This document shows positions 46,036-55,799 of a stretch of 64,000 nt of DNA, piece after piece. The stretch covers positions 3,114 through 67,113 of the forward strand of contig CAWUIP010000001.1 in the NCBI GenBank assembly GCA_963922415.1. Direction: 5' to 3'. Source of the DNA: an uncultured Aliishimia sp. (GTDB taxonomy: Bacteria; Pseudomonadota; Alphaproteobacteria; Rhodobacterales; Rhodobacteraceae). The notes beneath the pieces were generated by a model. The model was not told the DNA's origin, ran no database searches, and saw nothing but the letters and a program-made list of their open reading frames with translations. The translations under genes were made by a program, and so were the position numbers. Each line of letters starts with the position of its first letter. Position 1 is the first letter of the stretch.

Positions 46036-46079
46036 ATGACATCAGTGTCATGACATCCATGACATGACACTGATGTCAT
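46036..46079. promoter_or_regulatory. Composite palindromic operator-like array upstream of the LacI-family gene
   Basis: Perfect 17-bp inverted repeat ATGACATCAGTGTCATG / CATGACACTGATGTCAT with a 10-bp spacer. Each arm is itself a 6-4-6 palindrome. ATGACA occurs four times and TGTCAT twice within 44 bp. Confidence 0.5.
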
Positions 46080-46122
46080 GCCGCGATAGAAGCCAAAGAG
46101 CCTTGCGGACTGGGAGGGACAA

Positions 46123-47190
46123 GTGCCGACAATATACGATGTTGCGAAGCGCGCGGGCGTTTCGCCGAAAACTGTAAGTCGTGCAATAAATGGCGATGCT
46201 CCAGTTGCAGAGGCAACTCGTGAAGCGATCGCTTTGGCTATCCGCGATCTTGACTACGTGCCTTCTCATGCAGCTCGATCCATGCGATCTACAAAGACGG
46301 GTCTTGTTGGGATGATCACAGGCGCAGTGAGCGGTGCCAGCGACGCGTCGGCACCCGGTGGCTTGCCCGACTTGCTCATTGTTCAGACGGCTCAATCACG
46401 GCTTGAGCAGTCTGGTAAAGCGCTCTTTATCGCAGATTCTGGCGGCAGCTCGCAGCGCGTGCCCGAGCTTATCATGCGATTTCAGGCGCACCGGGTTGAA
46501 GGCATGCTCTTCGTAGCCGAACAGCACAAGCGCCTTGTGGACCCTCTTCCCTGGAGTGACACCAAGAAGGTGTTGGTGAACTGCTTTGACGATGAGGGCA
46601 CGCCGGCAGTGCTGCCCGACGATGAGGGCGGTCAATTCGATCTCGTGGAGGCAGTCCTTGCGAAGGGGCACAAGCGCATTGCGTTCCTCACGCTCGCAGA
46701 CGGACTTCCCGCGACCCAATTGCGAATGAGGGGATATCAAAATGCACTCACAAAAGCTGGGGTTGCTTTTGACCCGGACCTGGTTTTGCCAGCAGACCTT
46801 ATGGGGGATGCTGCAGAGCATGAACTCATTGCCGATGCGCTGGATAAGTTCTTCGCACTTCCATCGCCGCCCACTGCCATTTGCTGTGGTAACGACCGGC
46901 TGGCCGTCGCGGTTTACGGGGTTTTGAGGGCGCGGGGGATCACGATCCCGGACGATGTTTCGGTCGTAGGTTTTGACGATTATCGGGTCATCTCTGAGAC
47001 GCTCTACCCCAAGCTTACTACGGCAGAGCTGCCCTACGCTGCCATGGGGCAGAGGGCTGCAGAGATTCTGACAGAGATTCTCGAGGGGGCGGAGGCTCCC
47101 GCCGAAAAGATAACAGAACGCATAAAGGGCCGTGTTGTGGTGCGAGAATCTCTCGTGCCTCCGCCGGCTAACACGTCAACGAACCACTAA
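46123..47190 (+). CDS. LacI-family transcriptional regulator
   Basis: GTG start after GGGAGGG. PTIYDVAKRAGVSPKTVSRAING HTH and a periplasmic-binding-fold effector domain. Confidence 0.9.
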   Translation: MPTIYDVAKRAGVSPKTVSRAINGDAPVAEATREAIALAIRDLDYVPSHAARSMRSTKTGLVGMITGAVSGASDASAPGGLPDLLIVQTAQSRLEQSGKALFIADSGGSSQRVPELIMRFQAHRVEGMLFVAEQHKRLVDPLPWSDTKKVLVNCFDDEGTPAVLPDDEGGQFDLVEAVLAKGHKRIAFLTLADGLPATQLRMRGYQNALTKAGVAFDPDLVLPADLMGDAAEHELIADALDKFFALPSPPTAICCGNDRLAVAVYGVLRARGITIPDDVSVVGFDDYRVISETLYPKLTTAELPYAAMGQRAAEILTEILEGAEAPAEKITERIKGRVVVRESLVPPPANTSTNH

Positions 47191-47204
47191 GGGAGGAACT
47201 TCAA

Positions 47205-48464
47205 ATGACGTACAAGACTGGGCTTATTGCCCTTGCCGTTGCGGGGCTGGCGCATGGCGCAGCTGCGCAGACCGAGCTGAGCCTTTGGTACCACGGCGCA
47301 GGTAGCGCCAATGCGGAAGAGGCATTGGTCAACCAGATGGTGGAAGAGTTCAATGCCAGCCAGTCCGACTGGAAAGTGGTCATCGAAACCTTCCCTCAGC
47401 TGGCCTACAACGATGCTGTTGGAGCAGCAGCACTGGCAGGCGAGCTGCCCGACATTCTCGACGTTGATGGTCCTGTAATGCCGAACTGGGCATGGGCTGG
47501 CTACATGCAGCCGCTGGGCATCGATGAAGCCAAGCTCGAAGGCTTCCTGCCTGGCCCCATCGGTCGCTGGCAGGGTGAGGTCTACTCCGTAGGGCTCTGG
47601 GACGCTGCTGTTGCTCTGACCACGCGTCGCTCCACGCTCGCAAAATACGACATCCGCGTGCCCACGATTGACGCGCCTTGGTCGCTTGACGAGTTCAACG
47701 CGGCTTTGGAAACGATCAAAGCGTCGGGCGACTTCGACTATCCTCTTGACCTCGGCACCGCTTGGACGGGCGAATGGTATCCTTACGCATTCTCCCCGCT
47801 TTTGCAGGGTTTTGGTGGCGATATTGTTGACCGTGACGGCTACCAAACCGCGGAAGGTGTATTGAACGGTGACGAAGCCATTGCGTTTGGCGAATGGTGG
47901 CAGAGCCTCTTCGCAAACGACTATGCTCCGGGCACGAGCCAAGACGCGGCGGACCGCGATACCGGCCTGCTTCAGGGCAAGTATGCCATGTCGTGGAACG
48001 GCAACTGGGCCGCTTTGCCTGTCGTTGAAGCGTTTGGTGATGATGCACTGTTCCTGCCTGCGCCAGACTTCGGCAATGGTTCGACCATCGGTGCTGCATC
48101 CTGGCAGTTCGGCATCTCCGGCACGTCTGAGAACCCCGACGGCGCCCGTGCGTTCATCGAGTACGCCCTTCAGGATCGTTGGATCACCGCATTCTCCGAT
48201 GGCACTGGCCTGATCCCTGCGACGGCAACCGCCGCTGCAGGCACAGCGAACTATGCACCAGGTGGTGCTCTGGAAATCTTCTACCAGCTTTCCGAAGCAC
48301 AAGCTCTCGTGCGTCCTGTGACGCCTGGCTACATCGTGTCCGCTAAGGTCTTTGAAAAGGCTCTTGCCGATATCGCGAATGGCGCAGACGTCGCTGATAC
48401 GCTGGACGCAGCTGTGGATGAAATCAACGAGGACATTGAGCGTAACAGCGGATACGGCCACTAA
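47205..48464 (+). CDS. Carbohydrate ABC transporter substrate-binding protein (family 1)
   Basis: Signal peptide MTYKTGLIALAVAGLAHGAAAQ. 419 aa, of the size and pattern of sugar-binding proteins. GGGAGGA SD. Confidence 0.88.
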   Translation: MTYKTGLIALAVAGLAHGAAAQTELSLWYHGAGSANAEEALVNQMVEEFNASQSDWKVVIETFPQLAYNDAVGAAALAGELPDILDVDGPVMPNWAWAGYMQPLGIDEAKLEGFLPGPIGRWQGEVYSVGLWDAAVALTTRRSTLAKYDIRVPTIDAPWSLDEFNAALETIKASGDFDYPLDLGTAWTGEWYPYAFSPLLQGFGGDIVDRDGYQTAEGVLNGDEAIAFGEWWQSLFANDYAPGTSQDAADRDTGLLQGKYAMSWNGNWAALPVVEAFGDDALFLPAPDFGNGSTIGAASWQFGISGTSENPDGARAFIEYALQDRWITAFSDGTGLIPATATAAAGTANYAPGGALEIFYQLSEAQALVRPVTPGYIVSAKVFEKALADIANGADVADTLDAAVDEINEDIERNSGYGH

Positions 48465-48533
48465 TCGTATCCTCCCAAGGCTGCCCGGGGTAGTTCGGGC
48501 GGCCGCTTTCCTTCATAAACACGGAGCGAGCCA

Positions 48534-49604
48534 ATGGCCTCCAAGCTCACGCAGTCAAATCGCGCTGGCGTCCTGATGGCGCTCCCTGGTGTGGTCTTGA
48601 TTGCCACCTTTATCATTTTGCCATTCTTTTTGGCGTTCGCCTATTCGCTGACAAACCAACGGTTGGCGTCGCCGAACCCAACTGAATACGTCGGATTTGA
48701 GAATTACAGCGGCCTTCTGGGTCTGTCGGTCTTCACCCTTGAACCGGAGCGGGACGACGCTGGAAATGCTGTGATCGAAGACGGCGAAATCCAATACCCG
48801 CGACTGCGTACCTTCACACGCAACAATCCAGATTATCCGAATTTGCAGGGTAAGCGAGAGTGGTTCAGCTGGCAAAGCGGGGAGAGCCGCACGGTCGTTC
48901 TGGCCTCTGACGTTGTCTTTATGAAAGCCCTCGTCAACATCCTGATCTTTGTGTTGGTCGTGGCTCCGCTTCAGGCAGCGATTGCCTTGGGGCTTGCCTT
49001 AATGATCAACCAAAAGCTTCGCGGGATCAGCTTTTTCAGGGCCGTTTACTTTATGCCGGTGGTCGTCTCGATTGTTGTTGTTTCGCTTCTTTGGAAATTC
49101 ATCTACTCTCCTGGCGATGGCCTTTTGAACAATGTTCTCGGATGGCTCACCTTCGGCCTCTTCGAACCGAGGGATTGGCTTGGCAACACATCCACAGCGC
49201 TTGGGTCGATTATTGCCATGTCTATCTGGCAAGGTGTTGGATTCCACATGGTGATCTGGCTGTCCGGTCTGCAAACCATATCGCCGACGCTCTACGAAGC
49301 GGCCGAGATCGAGGGCTCCTCAAAGGTTCAGACGTTCCGCTATGTCACCTGGCCCGGACTTAGAAACACAGCCGTCCTCATCTTGATCGTGATCACGATG
49401 CAGGCCTTTGCCCTTTATGCGCAAGTCGATGTGATGACCAGCGGTGGCCCGCTCGATAGCACTCAAGTGCTTGTCTACCAGGCGGTTGAACGTGGGTACG
49501 GCAAACAAGACATCTCGGGCGGCTCTGCGATTTCGGTGATCTTGTTCCTGATCGTTCTTTCCATCTCGCTCGTCCAACGTTGGCTCACACGGGAGAAAAA
49601 CTGA
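48534..49604 (+). CDS. Carbohydrate ABC transporter permease (MalF/UgpA-like)
   Basis: Six or more TM helices and an EAA-loop region (YEAAEIEGSSKVQTFRYVTWPGL). Confidence 0.88.
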   Translation: MASKLTQSNRAGVLMALPGVVLIATFIILPFFLAFAYSLTNQRLASPNPTEYVGFENYSGLLGLSVFTLEPERDDAGNAVIEDGEIQYPRLRTFTRNNPDYPNLQGKREWFSWQSGESRTVVLASDVVFMKALVNILIFVLVVAPLQAAIALGLALMINQKLRGISFFRAVYFMPVVVSIVVVSLLWKFIYSPGDGLLNNVLGWLTFGLFEPRDWLGNTSTALGSIIAMSIWQGVGFHMVIWLSGLQTISPTLYEAAEIEGSSKVQTFRYVTWPGLRNTAVLILIVITMQAFALYAQVDVMTSGGPLDSTQVLVYQAVERGYGKQDISGGSAISVILFLIVLSISLVQRWLTREKN

Positions 49605-50485
49605 TGGCACTTGTGACCCAAGATAACCGGGGGTGGAGGCTGGCTGCGCGATATGCGGCGCTGCTCCTTGTGGCGATCATCTTCGTCTTTCCGCTGGTGT
49701 TCATGGCAATGTCGTCGCTCAAGCCAGACTTCCAGCTTTTGGCGGACACCAAAAGCTTGCGGGCCTTCCTGCCTGTGGGGGATCTGTCCTTTGACAACTA
49801 CACAGATGCCTTCCAGCGTGCCCCGATTGGCGTGTTCGTCTTTAACTCGGTCCTGGTTACGGGCGTAACTGTGGTGCTGACGCTTTTCGTCTGCTCTTTG
49901 GCCGCCTTTTCCTTTGTTTTTCTGGAGTGGACGGGAAAAGGGATCATTCTGTCGATCTTGTTGGCGACCTTGATTATTCCTTACGAGACAATCTTCATCC
50001 CCTTGCTGCTTATGGCGTCCCAATTGCCTTGGGTTGGGGCCAGCGGGATCGAATTTGGTTGGCTCAACACTTACCGCGTCCAGATCATCCCGTTTATTGC
50101 GGATGGGTTGTCGATCTTCCTCTTCGTTCAGTTCTTTAAGGACTTGCCGCGAGAGTTGATCGAAGCGAGCCGCGTGGAAGGCGCCTCTTGGTGGCTGATT
50201 TACCGGAAGGTGGTCATGCCTTTGGCAGGTCCGGTGATTGCGACCGCCGCGATCCTCAAGTTTCTCTTTATGTACAATCAATACCTGTGGCCGCTCATGG
50301 TGGTGCAGGCCGAAGAAATCCGCCCGGTTATGGTTGGCTTGGGCTACTTTACCGATCAGCTCAACGTGCCGTGGGGAGAGGTGATGGCCTATCTGACCAT
50401 TATCACGATCCCTGTCTTGGCCTTCTATCTCTCTTTGCAGCGGGTGTTTATCGCCTCTGTCGCTTCTACGGGGGTCAAAGGCTGA
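49604..50485 (+). CDS. Carbohydrate ABC transporter permease (MalG/UgpE-like)
   Basis: ATGA-type overlap with the upstream permease. EAA loop LIEASRVEGASWWLIYRKVVMPL. Confidence 0.88.
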   Translation: MALVTQDNRGWRLAARYAALLLVAIIFVFPLVFMAMSSLKPDFQLLADTKSLRAFLPVGDLSFDNYTDAFQRAPIGVFVFNSVLVTGVTVVLTLFVCSLAAFSFVFLEWTGKGIILSILLATLIIPYETIFIPLLLMASQLPWVGASGIEFGWLNTYRVQIIPFIADGLSIFLFVQFFKDLPRELIEASRVEGASWWLIYRKVVMPLAGPVIATAAILKFLFMYNQYLWPLMVVQAEEIRPVMVGLGYFTDQLNVPWGEVMAYLTIITIPVLAFYLSLQRVFIASVASTGVKG

Positions 50486-51465
50486 TGGTCCTTGCTTTGG
50501 ATGATAGGTGGGTCTGGGATAGCTGGTACGTCAGCGACGGTGGCCTGACCCATGCCTTTTTCCTACAGGCCGACAAGTCGATCGGCGATCCGGAACAGCG
50601 GCACTGGAACGTCAGTTACGGCCATGCAACAAGCGCGGATCTGATCAATTGGGACCATCTTGGTACCTGCTTTGCACCTGCAGAGCAGCCTGCTTGGGAC
50701 GACTTCACGACCTGGACGGGGTCCGTCATCCAGGATGACGATGGCATCTGGCATCTGTTTTACACTGGGACCAGCCATGCGGATGCGGGCAAGCACCAGA
50801 GGATCGGTCATGCCGTATCCAATGACCTTCATTCTTGGGAACGCGTGGGCAGCGGTCTGATCTTGGACCGGGATGATCGCTACGAGGAATTCGAAGACGG
50901 TCGTTGGCACGACCGAGCTTTTCGGGATCCTTGGGTCATGCGTGACCCAGAAGGCGAGGGGTGGCTGATGTACTTCACGGCACGCAATGCGAACGCCGGT
51001 CTTCAGCTTGAAGCCGGTGCCATTGGATTTGCGACATCAGACAATCTCTACGATTGGGCGTTACAGGACCCGATCCACACAGGCTATTTTGGAGAGTTAG
51101 AAGTCCCGCAGGTCTTTGAACGTGGGGGGACGTGGTATTGCCTATTTTGTGTGGCAGGCAAGTTCTTTGCTGACAGTGCCAGAGAGATTGTCGGGAGCGC
51201 TGAGACAGGAACCCACTATCTCATTGCCCAAAGCCCAAAGGGCCCGTGGAAGCTCGGCCCGGGGCCGATGCTGGATTCACAACACTCTGGCCAACGCTAC
51301 GCTGCGCGGGTGGTCGAACATGACAACAAGATGAAACTCATGGGTTTTCTCATGCACGATCCTGATACGGGTGCATTCCCCGGTATCATTTCTGATCCGG
51401 ACGAGGTTGTCCGGCTGAACGACGGACGGCTCGTGCTGAAAAGCGCATCAGAGGGAGGGAACTGA
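50485..51465 (+). CDS. Single-domain clan GH-J (GH32/GH68-like) beta-fructosidase-type glycoside hydrolase
   Basis: 326 aa. Candidate catalytic triad motifs VWDSWYV (nucleophile Asp), FRDPWVM (RDP) and ELEVPQVF (acid/base Glu). No C-terminal beta-sandwich. ATGA overlap with the permease. Confidence 0.6.
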   Translation: MVLALDDRWVWDSWYVSDGGLTHAFFLQADKSIGDPEQRHWNVSYGHATSADLINWDHLGTCFAPAEQPAWDDFTTWTGSVIQDDDGIWHLFYTGTSHADAGKHQRIGHAVSNDLHSWERVGSGLILDRDDRYEEFEDGRWHDRAFRDPWVMRDPEGEGWLMYFTARNANAGLQLEAGAIGFATSDNLYDWALQDPIHTGYFGELEVPQVFERGGTWYCLFCVAGKFFADSAREIVGSAETGTHYLIAQSPKGPWKLGPGPMLDSQHSGQRYAARVVEHDNKMKLMGFLMHDPDTGAFPGIISDPDEVVRLNDGRLVLKSASEGGN

Positions 51466-51466
51466 G

Positions 51467-52576
51467 ATGGCGGACGTAATCCTACGTGATATCAAGAAAA
51501 GTTATGGCGCGGTCAACGTCATCAAAGGTGTCGATATCGATATCAATGATGGTGAGTTCGTCGTGTTCGTTGGTCCGTCCGGTTGCGGAAAGTCGACGCT
51601 TCTCCGCATGATCGCGGGGCTCGAGGATATCAGTGGCGGCGATATGAGCATTGGTGGAAAGCGCGTGAACGATACTCCTGCCTCGCAGCGCGGGATCGCG
51701 ATGGTGTTTCAGTCTTACGCCATCTTCCCTCATATGACGGTTCGCGAGAACGTGGCCTTTGGCTTGACCGTCGCGGGTGCGAGCAAAGATGAGAAAGAAG
51801 CCAAAGTGGCTGAGGCCGCGCGGATCCTGCAGATGGAGCATCTGCTGGATCGTCGCCCATCACAGCTTTCCGGCGGCCAACGTCAGCGGGTTGCGATTGG
51901 TCGGGCCATTGTGCGCAACCCCGAGGTTTTCCTTTTCGATGAGCCGTTGTCCAACCTAGATGCGGCGCTCAGACTCGATATGCGCTTCGAAATCGGTAAA
52001 CTTCACAAGTCGCTCGGGGCCACTATGGTCTATGTGACCCACGACCAGGTCGAGGCGATGACCTTGGCCGACAAGATCGTCGTGCTTCAAGGGGGCTACG
52101 TCCAACAAGTTGGCTCGCCCATGGAGCTTTACCACCGTCCGAATAATCTGTTCGTGGCGGGGTTCATTGGCGCGCCCGCCATGAATTTCTTGGACGTTGA
52201 CGTGATTGCCAAGGATGCCGACAGTGCGAAAGTCCGCTCTGACCAAGTCTCGGAATTGGCGGTCGACGCGTGGCGACCCGACACGCCAAACGCTGGCAAA
52301 GGCGTCTTGGGCATCCGGCCGCAGGATCTACGCCCCGTTTCGAAAGACGAAATCGTCGTCGGCAAAGACGGGATGCTGATTGGCAATGTCACCTTGGCCG
52401 AGCGGATGGGCATCGAGACGGTTGTTGACGTGGCACTCCAAGATGGGAGCCGCGTCTTGGTGTCCCTGGCCGAGGATCGCGAATTTGCGCAAGGAGAAGA
52501 GATCACCCTGGGCTTTGACGCAGCAAAAGCGCATCTTTTTGCCCCTGAAGACAACACACCGAGTGCGCCACACTGA
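51467..52576 (+). CDS. Sugar ABC transporter ATP-binding protein (MalK/UgpC-like)
   Basis: Walker A GPSGCGKST, signature LSGGQRQRV, Walker B FLFDEPLS, and a C-terminal regulatory/TOBE-like domain. Confidence 0.92.
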   Translation: MADVILRDIKKSYGAVNVIKGVDIDINDGEFVVFVGPSGCGKSTLLRMIAGLEDISGGDMSIGGKRVNDTPASQRGIAMVFQSYAIFPHMTVRENVAFGLTVAGASKDEKEAKVAEAARILQMEHLLDRRPSQLSGGQRQRVAIGRAIVRNPEVFLFDEPLSNLDAALRLDMRFEIGKLHKSLGATMVYVTHDQVEAMTLADKIVVLQGGYVQQVGSPMELYHRPNNLFVAGFIGAPAMNFLDVDVIAKDADSAKVRSDQVSELAVDAWRPDTPNAGKGVLGIRPQDLRPVSKDEIVVGKDGMLIGNVTLAERMGIETVVDVALQDGSRVLVSLAEDREFAQGEEITLGFDAAKAHLFAPEDNTPSAPH

Positions 52577-53607
52577 TGAAGCCTGTCGTCATACTGGACC
52601 CGCACTTCCGTAAGATGGAGGAACTTTTCCGCCCATCAACCTACGCGGCCCTCGCAGAGCTTTGCGATCTCCGAGGCGGTATGAACGCGCCCATGCCGCG
52701 GTCCGAGATTTCGGCGCATTTGCCAGAGGCCCAATTCTACATTTCGTCCAGGCCGACATTGGATGAGGCAGAGGTCGCGACCGCGCAAAACCTGAAGGCG
52801 ACGATCGAAGTTGCTGGGGCCTTTCGGGATGGGTTGGCCTATTCCGCCTGTTTTGATCGCGGTATCGAAGTCCTGTCTTGTTCGCCGGGGTTCCGGGAAT
52901 CCGTGGCGGAGATGACCCTGGCGATGATGCTCGCTGGCGGTCGGGGGCTGGTCGCCGAACATGAGGCTTTTCGCAAAGGCGATGAGCGCTGGCTCGATGA
53001 TCGCGATGGCATTGATTTCTCGCTCTATGACGACACGGTCGGTTTCATCGGTTACGGTCAGATCTCTCGCGAAGTGCACCGTCTTATCGAGCCGTTTCGC
53101 ATCGATGCCTATGCGTACGACCCTTTCTTGTCCGATGCAGGGCCGAATACCAAGCTGGTTGAACTCGAAGAACTCGTGGCGACTTGTCGCGTGATCGTTG
53201 TGGCCGCGGTGCCTTCCGAAGAAACGCAAGGTCTGCTTAGTGCAGAGCTTATCGCAAAGCTGCGACCCGGGGCGTTGGTCATTGTGATCAGCCGGGCTTG
53301 GAGCACAGACTTCCCCGCGCTCGTAAAGGCCGCCGAGGCGCGGCGCATCACTTTGGCAACCGATGTCTTTCCCGATGAGCCTGTTGATCCGGCAGATCCA
53401 GTGAGGGCGTTGCCAAATGCTATTCTTTCGCCGCACAGGGCTGCCGCGGTCCCTGGGGGCCGGCATCTCATCGGAGATATGCTCTTGCATGACATCCAAG
53501 CCATCATGGAGGGGCGGCCGGAAAGGCATTTGAAGTCCGCCAACCCTGCAGACGTGCAAAGCCTGGTGGCTGCTCAATCTCTTATCAAGGGCATGGCCGA
53601 GACTTGA
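52576..53607 (+). CDS. D-isomer-specific 2-hydroxyacid dehydrogenase family protein
   Basis: NAD motif GFIGYGQISREV and catalytic region LSPHRAA. The start overlaps the ATPase stop. Confidence 0.8.
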   Translation: MKPVVILDPHFRKMEELFRPSTYAALAELCDLRGGMNAPMPRSEISAHLPEAQFYISSRPTLDEAEVATAQNLKATIEVAGAFRDGLAYSACFDRGIEVLSCSPGFRESVAEMTLAMMLAGGRGLVAEHEAFRKGDERWLDDRDGIDFSLYDDTVGFIGYGQISREVHRLIEPFRIDAYAYDPFLSDAGPNTKLVELEELVATCRVIVVAAVPSEETQGLLSAELIAKLRPGALVIVISRAWSTDFPALVKAAEARRITLATDVFPDEPVDPADPVRALPNAILSPHRAAAVPGGRHLIGDMLLHDIQAIMEGRPERHLKSANPADVQSLVAAQSLIKGMAET

Positions 53608-54593
53608 CAGGCTTTAAGTGGGGCATCTTGGGAACGGGCAACATCGCACGGTCAATGGCCGATGCTTTGTCTTATGTTCCAGGTGCGCAGTTGCAAGCAG
53701 TGGCGTCAAGGAACTTGGAGACAGCGCAGACGTTTGCCGTGCAGTGGGATGCGCGTAAGGCCTATGGGGCCTACGCGGCGCTCTATGATGATCCGGACAT
53801 CGACATCGTCTATATCGCCACGCCCAACGCTCTGCACAAACAGAACATTCTCGACGCGTTAAACGCGGGAAAACATGTGCTTTGCGAAAAGCCTTTGACC
53901 CTGTCGGCGGAGGATAGCCGCGCGTGTCAGGCAGCAGCCCAGGCGCGTGGCCTCTTCCTCATGGAAGCGATGTGGACGGCCTTCTTTCCCGCCATGGACA
54001 AGCTCCGAATGCTTTTGGCCGAAGGTGCGATTGGGACGCCGCATCATCTGACAGCGAACTTTATCTCGTATCGAGACGCTGCAACGTTCCCCAATCTTTT
54101 TGACCCGAGCCTGGGTGGCGGGGCGAGCCTGGACTTAGGGATATACCCGGTTGCTGCAGCCTTGCTTTTGGCCGGGCCAATTGCCTCTGCGTCGGCCGAG
54201 GTTGTCGTGGGCTCAACAGGCGTGGACGAAATGGTCGCCATGAGTGCGCGCCACTCTTCAGGGATTGTGTCGCAGCTGGGCTTTGGCTTTCGCCTTGAGA
54301 TGCCGGTTGCCCTTCGCCTTTCTGGGAGCAAGGGGGTGCTGGAAATCTCCGAAGACTTTCATCATCCGGGGCGTGTGACGCTCAGGACGGCAGAACGCGA
54401 AGAGACCTTTAACATGCCCCCGCTTGGTTTTGGCTACGCGCATGAAGCGATTGCGGTGCAGGACAGCATCGAAAAAGGCCTGCTCGAATGCGAAACTTGG
54501 CCATTGTCGTACTCCATTGCTTGCGCTGAACAGATCGAGAATGTGCGCAAGCAAGCTCTGTCGATAACTCCGCCTTCCAGAGGTTTGTTTTGA
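53604..54593 (+). CDS. Gfo/Idh/MocA-family oxidoreductase
   Basis: KWGILGTGNIA Rossmann N-terminus and an EKP motif (VLCEKPL). TTGA overlap with the upstream gene. Confidence 0.85.
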   Translation: MTGFKWGILGTGNIARSMADALSYVPGAQLQAVASRNLETAQTFAVQWDARKAYGAYAALYDDPDIDIVYIATPNALHKQNILDALNAGKHVLCEKPLTLSAEDSRACQAAAQARGLFLMEAMWTAFFPAMDKLRMLLAEGAIGTPHHLTANFISYRDAATFPNLFDPSLGGGASLDLGIYPVAAALLLAGPIASASAEVVVGSTGVDEMVAMSARHSSGIVSQLGFGFRLEMPVALRLSGSKGVLEISEDFHHPGRVTLRTAEREETFNMPPLGFGYAHEAIAVQDSIEKGLLECETWPLSYSIACAEQIENVRKQALSITPPSRGLF

Positions 54594-54722
54594 ACCCTAG
54601 CATAGTCAACAGCTTGATTAGGGAGCGTGCCTCAGGCTGCCAATCTTTTTGGATAGGTGCGTCAACACGGGGAGAATTCGCCGATCTAGCGCCTTTGACT
54701 CCTTGGAAAAGAAGGAAGTGAC

Positions 54723-55799
54723 ATGAGCACTTATGACCCGCGCTATAGGCCCAGTGAAAAGCGCTATGATCAGATGCCCTATCGTGCCTGTGGTCGGTCT
54801 GGTCTCATGCTTTCTGCTGTCAGCCTCGGGCTTTGGCAGAACTTCGGCGATGACCGCAGCGAAACCTTCAAAAGGGAGCTCTGCTGCGCCGCTTTCGACA
54901 ACGGCATCACCCATTTCGACAACGCCAACGTCTACGGCCTGCCCCGTGGCTCGACCGAAGAGTTTTTTGGCCGCTTGATGGCGTCAGACTTTTCCGGTCT
55001 GCGCGACGAGATTACGGTTGCTACAAAGGCTGGCTACGACATGTGGCGCGGCCCTTATGGCGAGCGCTGCAGCAGGAAGCATCTCGTTGCGTCTTGCGAC
55101 GCCTCCCTTGCACGGATGGGTCTGGATTATGTCGACATCTTTTATGCGCACCGCTTTGACGACCGGACCCCGGTCGAGGAAACGGCCTCGGCCTTGGATT
55201 ACATCGTGCGATCTGGCAGGGCGCTGTACGTCGGCGTCAGTTCTTACAACAGCCTTGTGGCGCAAGAGCTTACCGACGCGCTGAAATCGCTTGGGACGCC
55301 CTGCATCGCCAATCAGCCGGCCTACAATATCTTCAACCGCTGGGTCGAAAGAGACGGGTTGCTGGATCAGGCCGAGGCGGCAGGCACCGGATTGGTGGCC
55401 TTTACGCCGCTGTGTCAGGGGCTGTTGACCAAGAAATACCTTGGCGGCGTCGCCAAGGACAGCCGCGCGGCACAGGGCGATACCCTGTCCAAAGGGGACG
55501 TGTCGCAAAAGGTTCTGGATGCGATTGCCCAACTCAACACGATTGCCGAGGCGCGCGGTCAATCTCTGGCACAGATGTCCTTGGCTTGGGTGTTGAAAGA
55601 TGCACGGGTGGCCTCGGTTCTGGTCGGCGTGTCGCGGATGTCGCAATTGCTGGAATGCGTTGAAGCCGCGCAGAACACGGCTTTCTCTGAAGCTGAGTTG
55701 CAGCAGATCGACAAGATCTCCGAAGGGATTGATATCAATCCTTGGGCAGATGCCGTCGCCGCGAAACCGATAGGCTCGTGCGTTCAGATTTCTGGTTAG
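54723..55799 (+). CDS. Aldo/keto reductase (YghZ/Tas-like)
   Basis: 358 aa. GITHFDNANVYG, YVDIFYAHRFD and LVAFTPL motifs. Confidence 0.88.
   Translation: MSTYDPRYRPSEKRYDQMPYRACGRSGLMLSAVSLGLWQNFGDDRSETFKRELCCAAFDNGITHFDNANVYGLPRGSTEEFFGRLMASDFSGLRDEITVATKAGYDMWRGPYGERCSRKHLVASCDASLARMGLDYVDIFYAHRFDDRTPVEETASALDYIVRSGRALYVGVSSYNSLVAQELTDALKSLGTPCIANQPAYNIFNRWVERDGLLDQAEAAGTGLVAFTPLCQGLLTKKYLGGVAKDSRAAQGDTLSKGDVSQKVLDAIAQLNTIAEARGQSLAQMSLAWVLKDARVASVLVGVSRMSQLLECVEAAQNTAFSEAELQQIDKISEGIDINPWADAVAAKPIGSCVQISG

Noticed and set aside
47187-48461. 424-aa minus-strand ORF almost exactly co-extensive with the ABC substrate-binding protein gene
   Set aside because: This is a typical shadow ORF of a high-GC gene. 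Its sequence is Arg/Ala/Gly/Cys-rich and low complexity with no motifs. The plus-strand gene has a signal peptide, an SD sequence and operon context.
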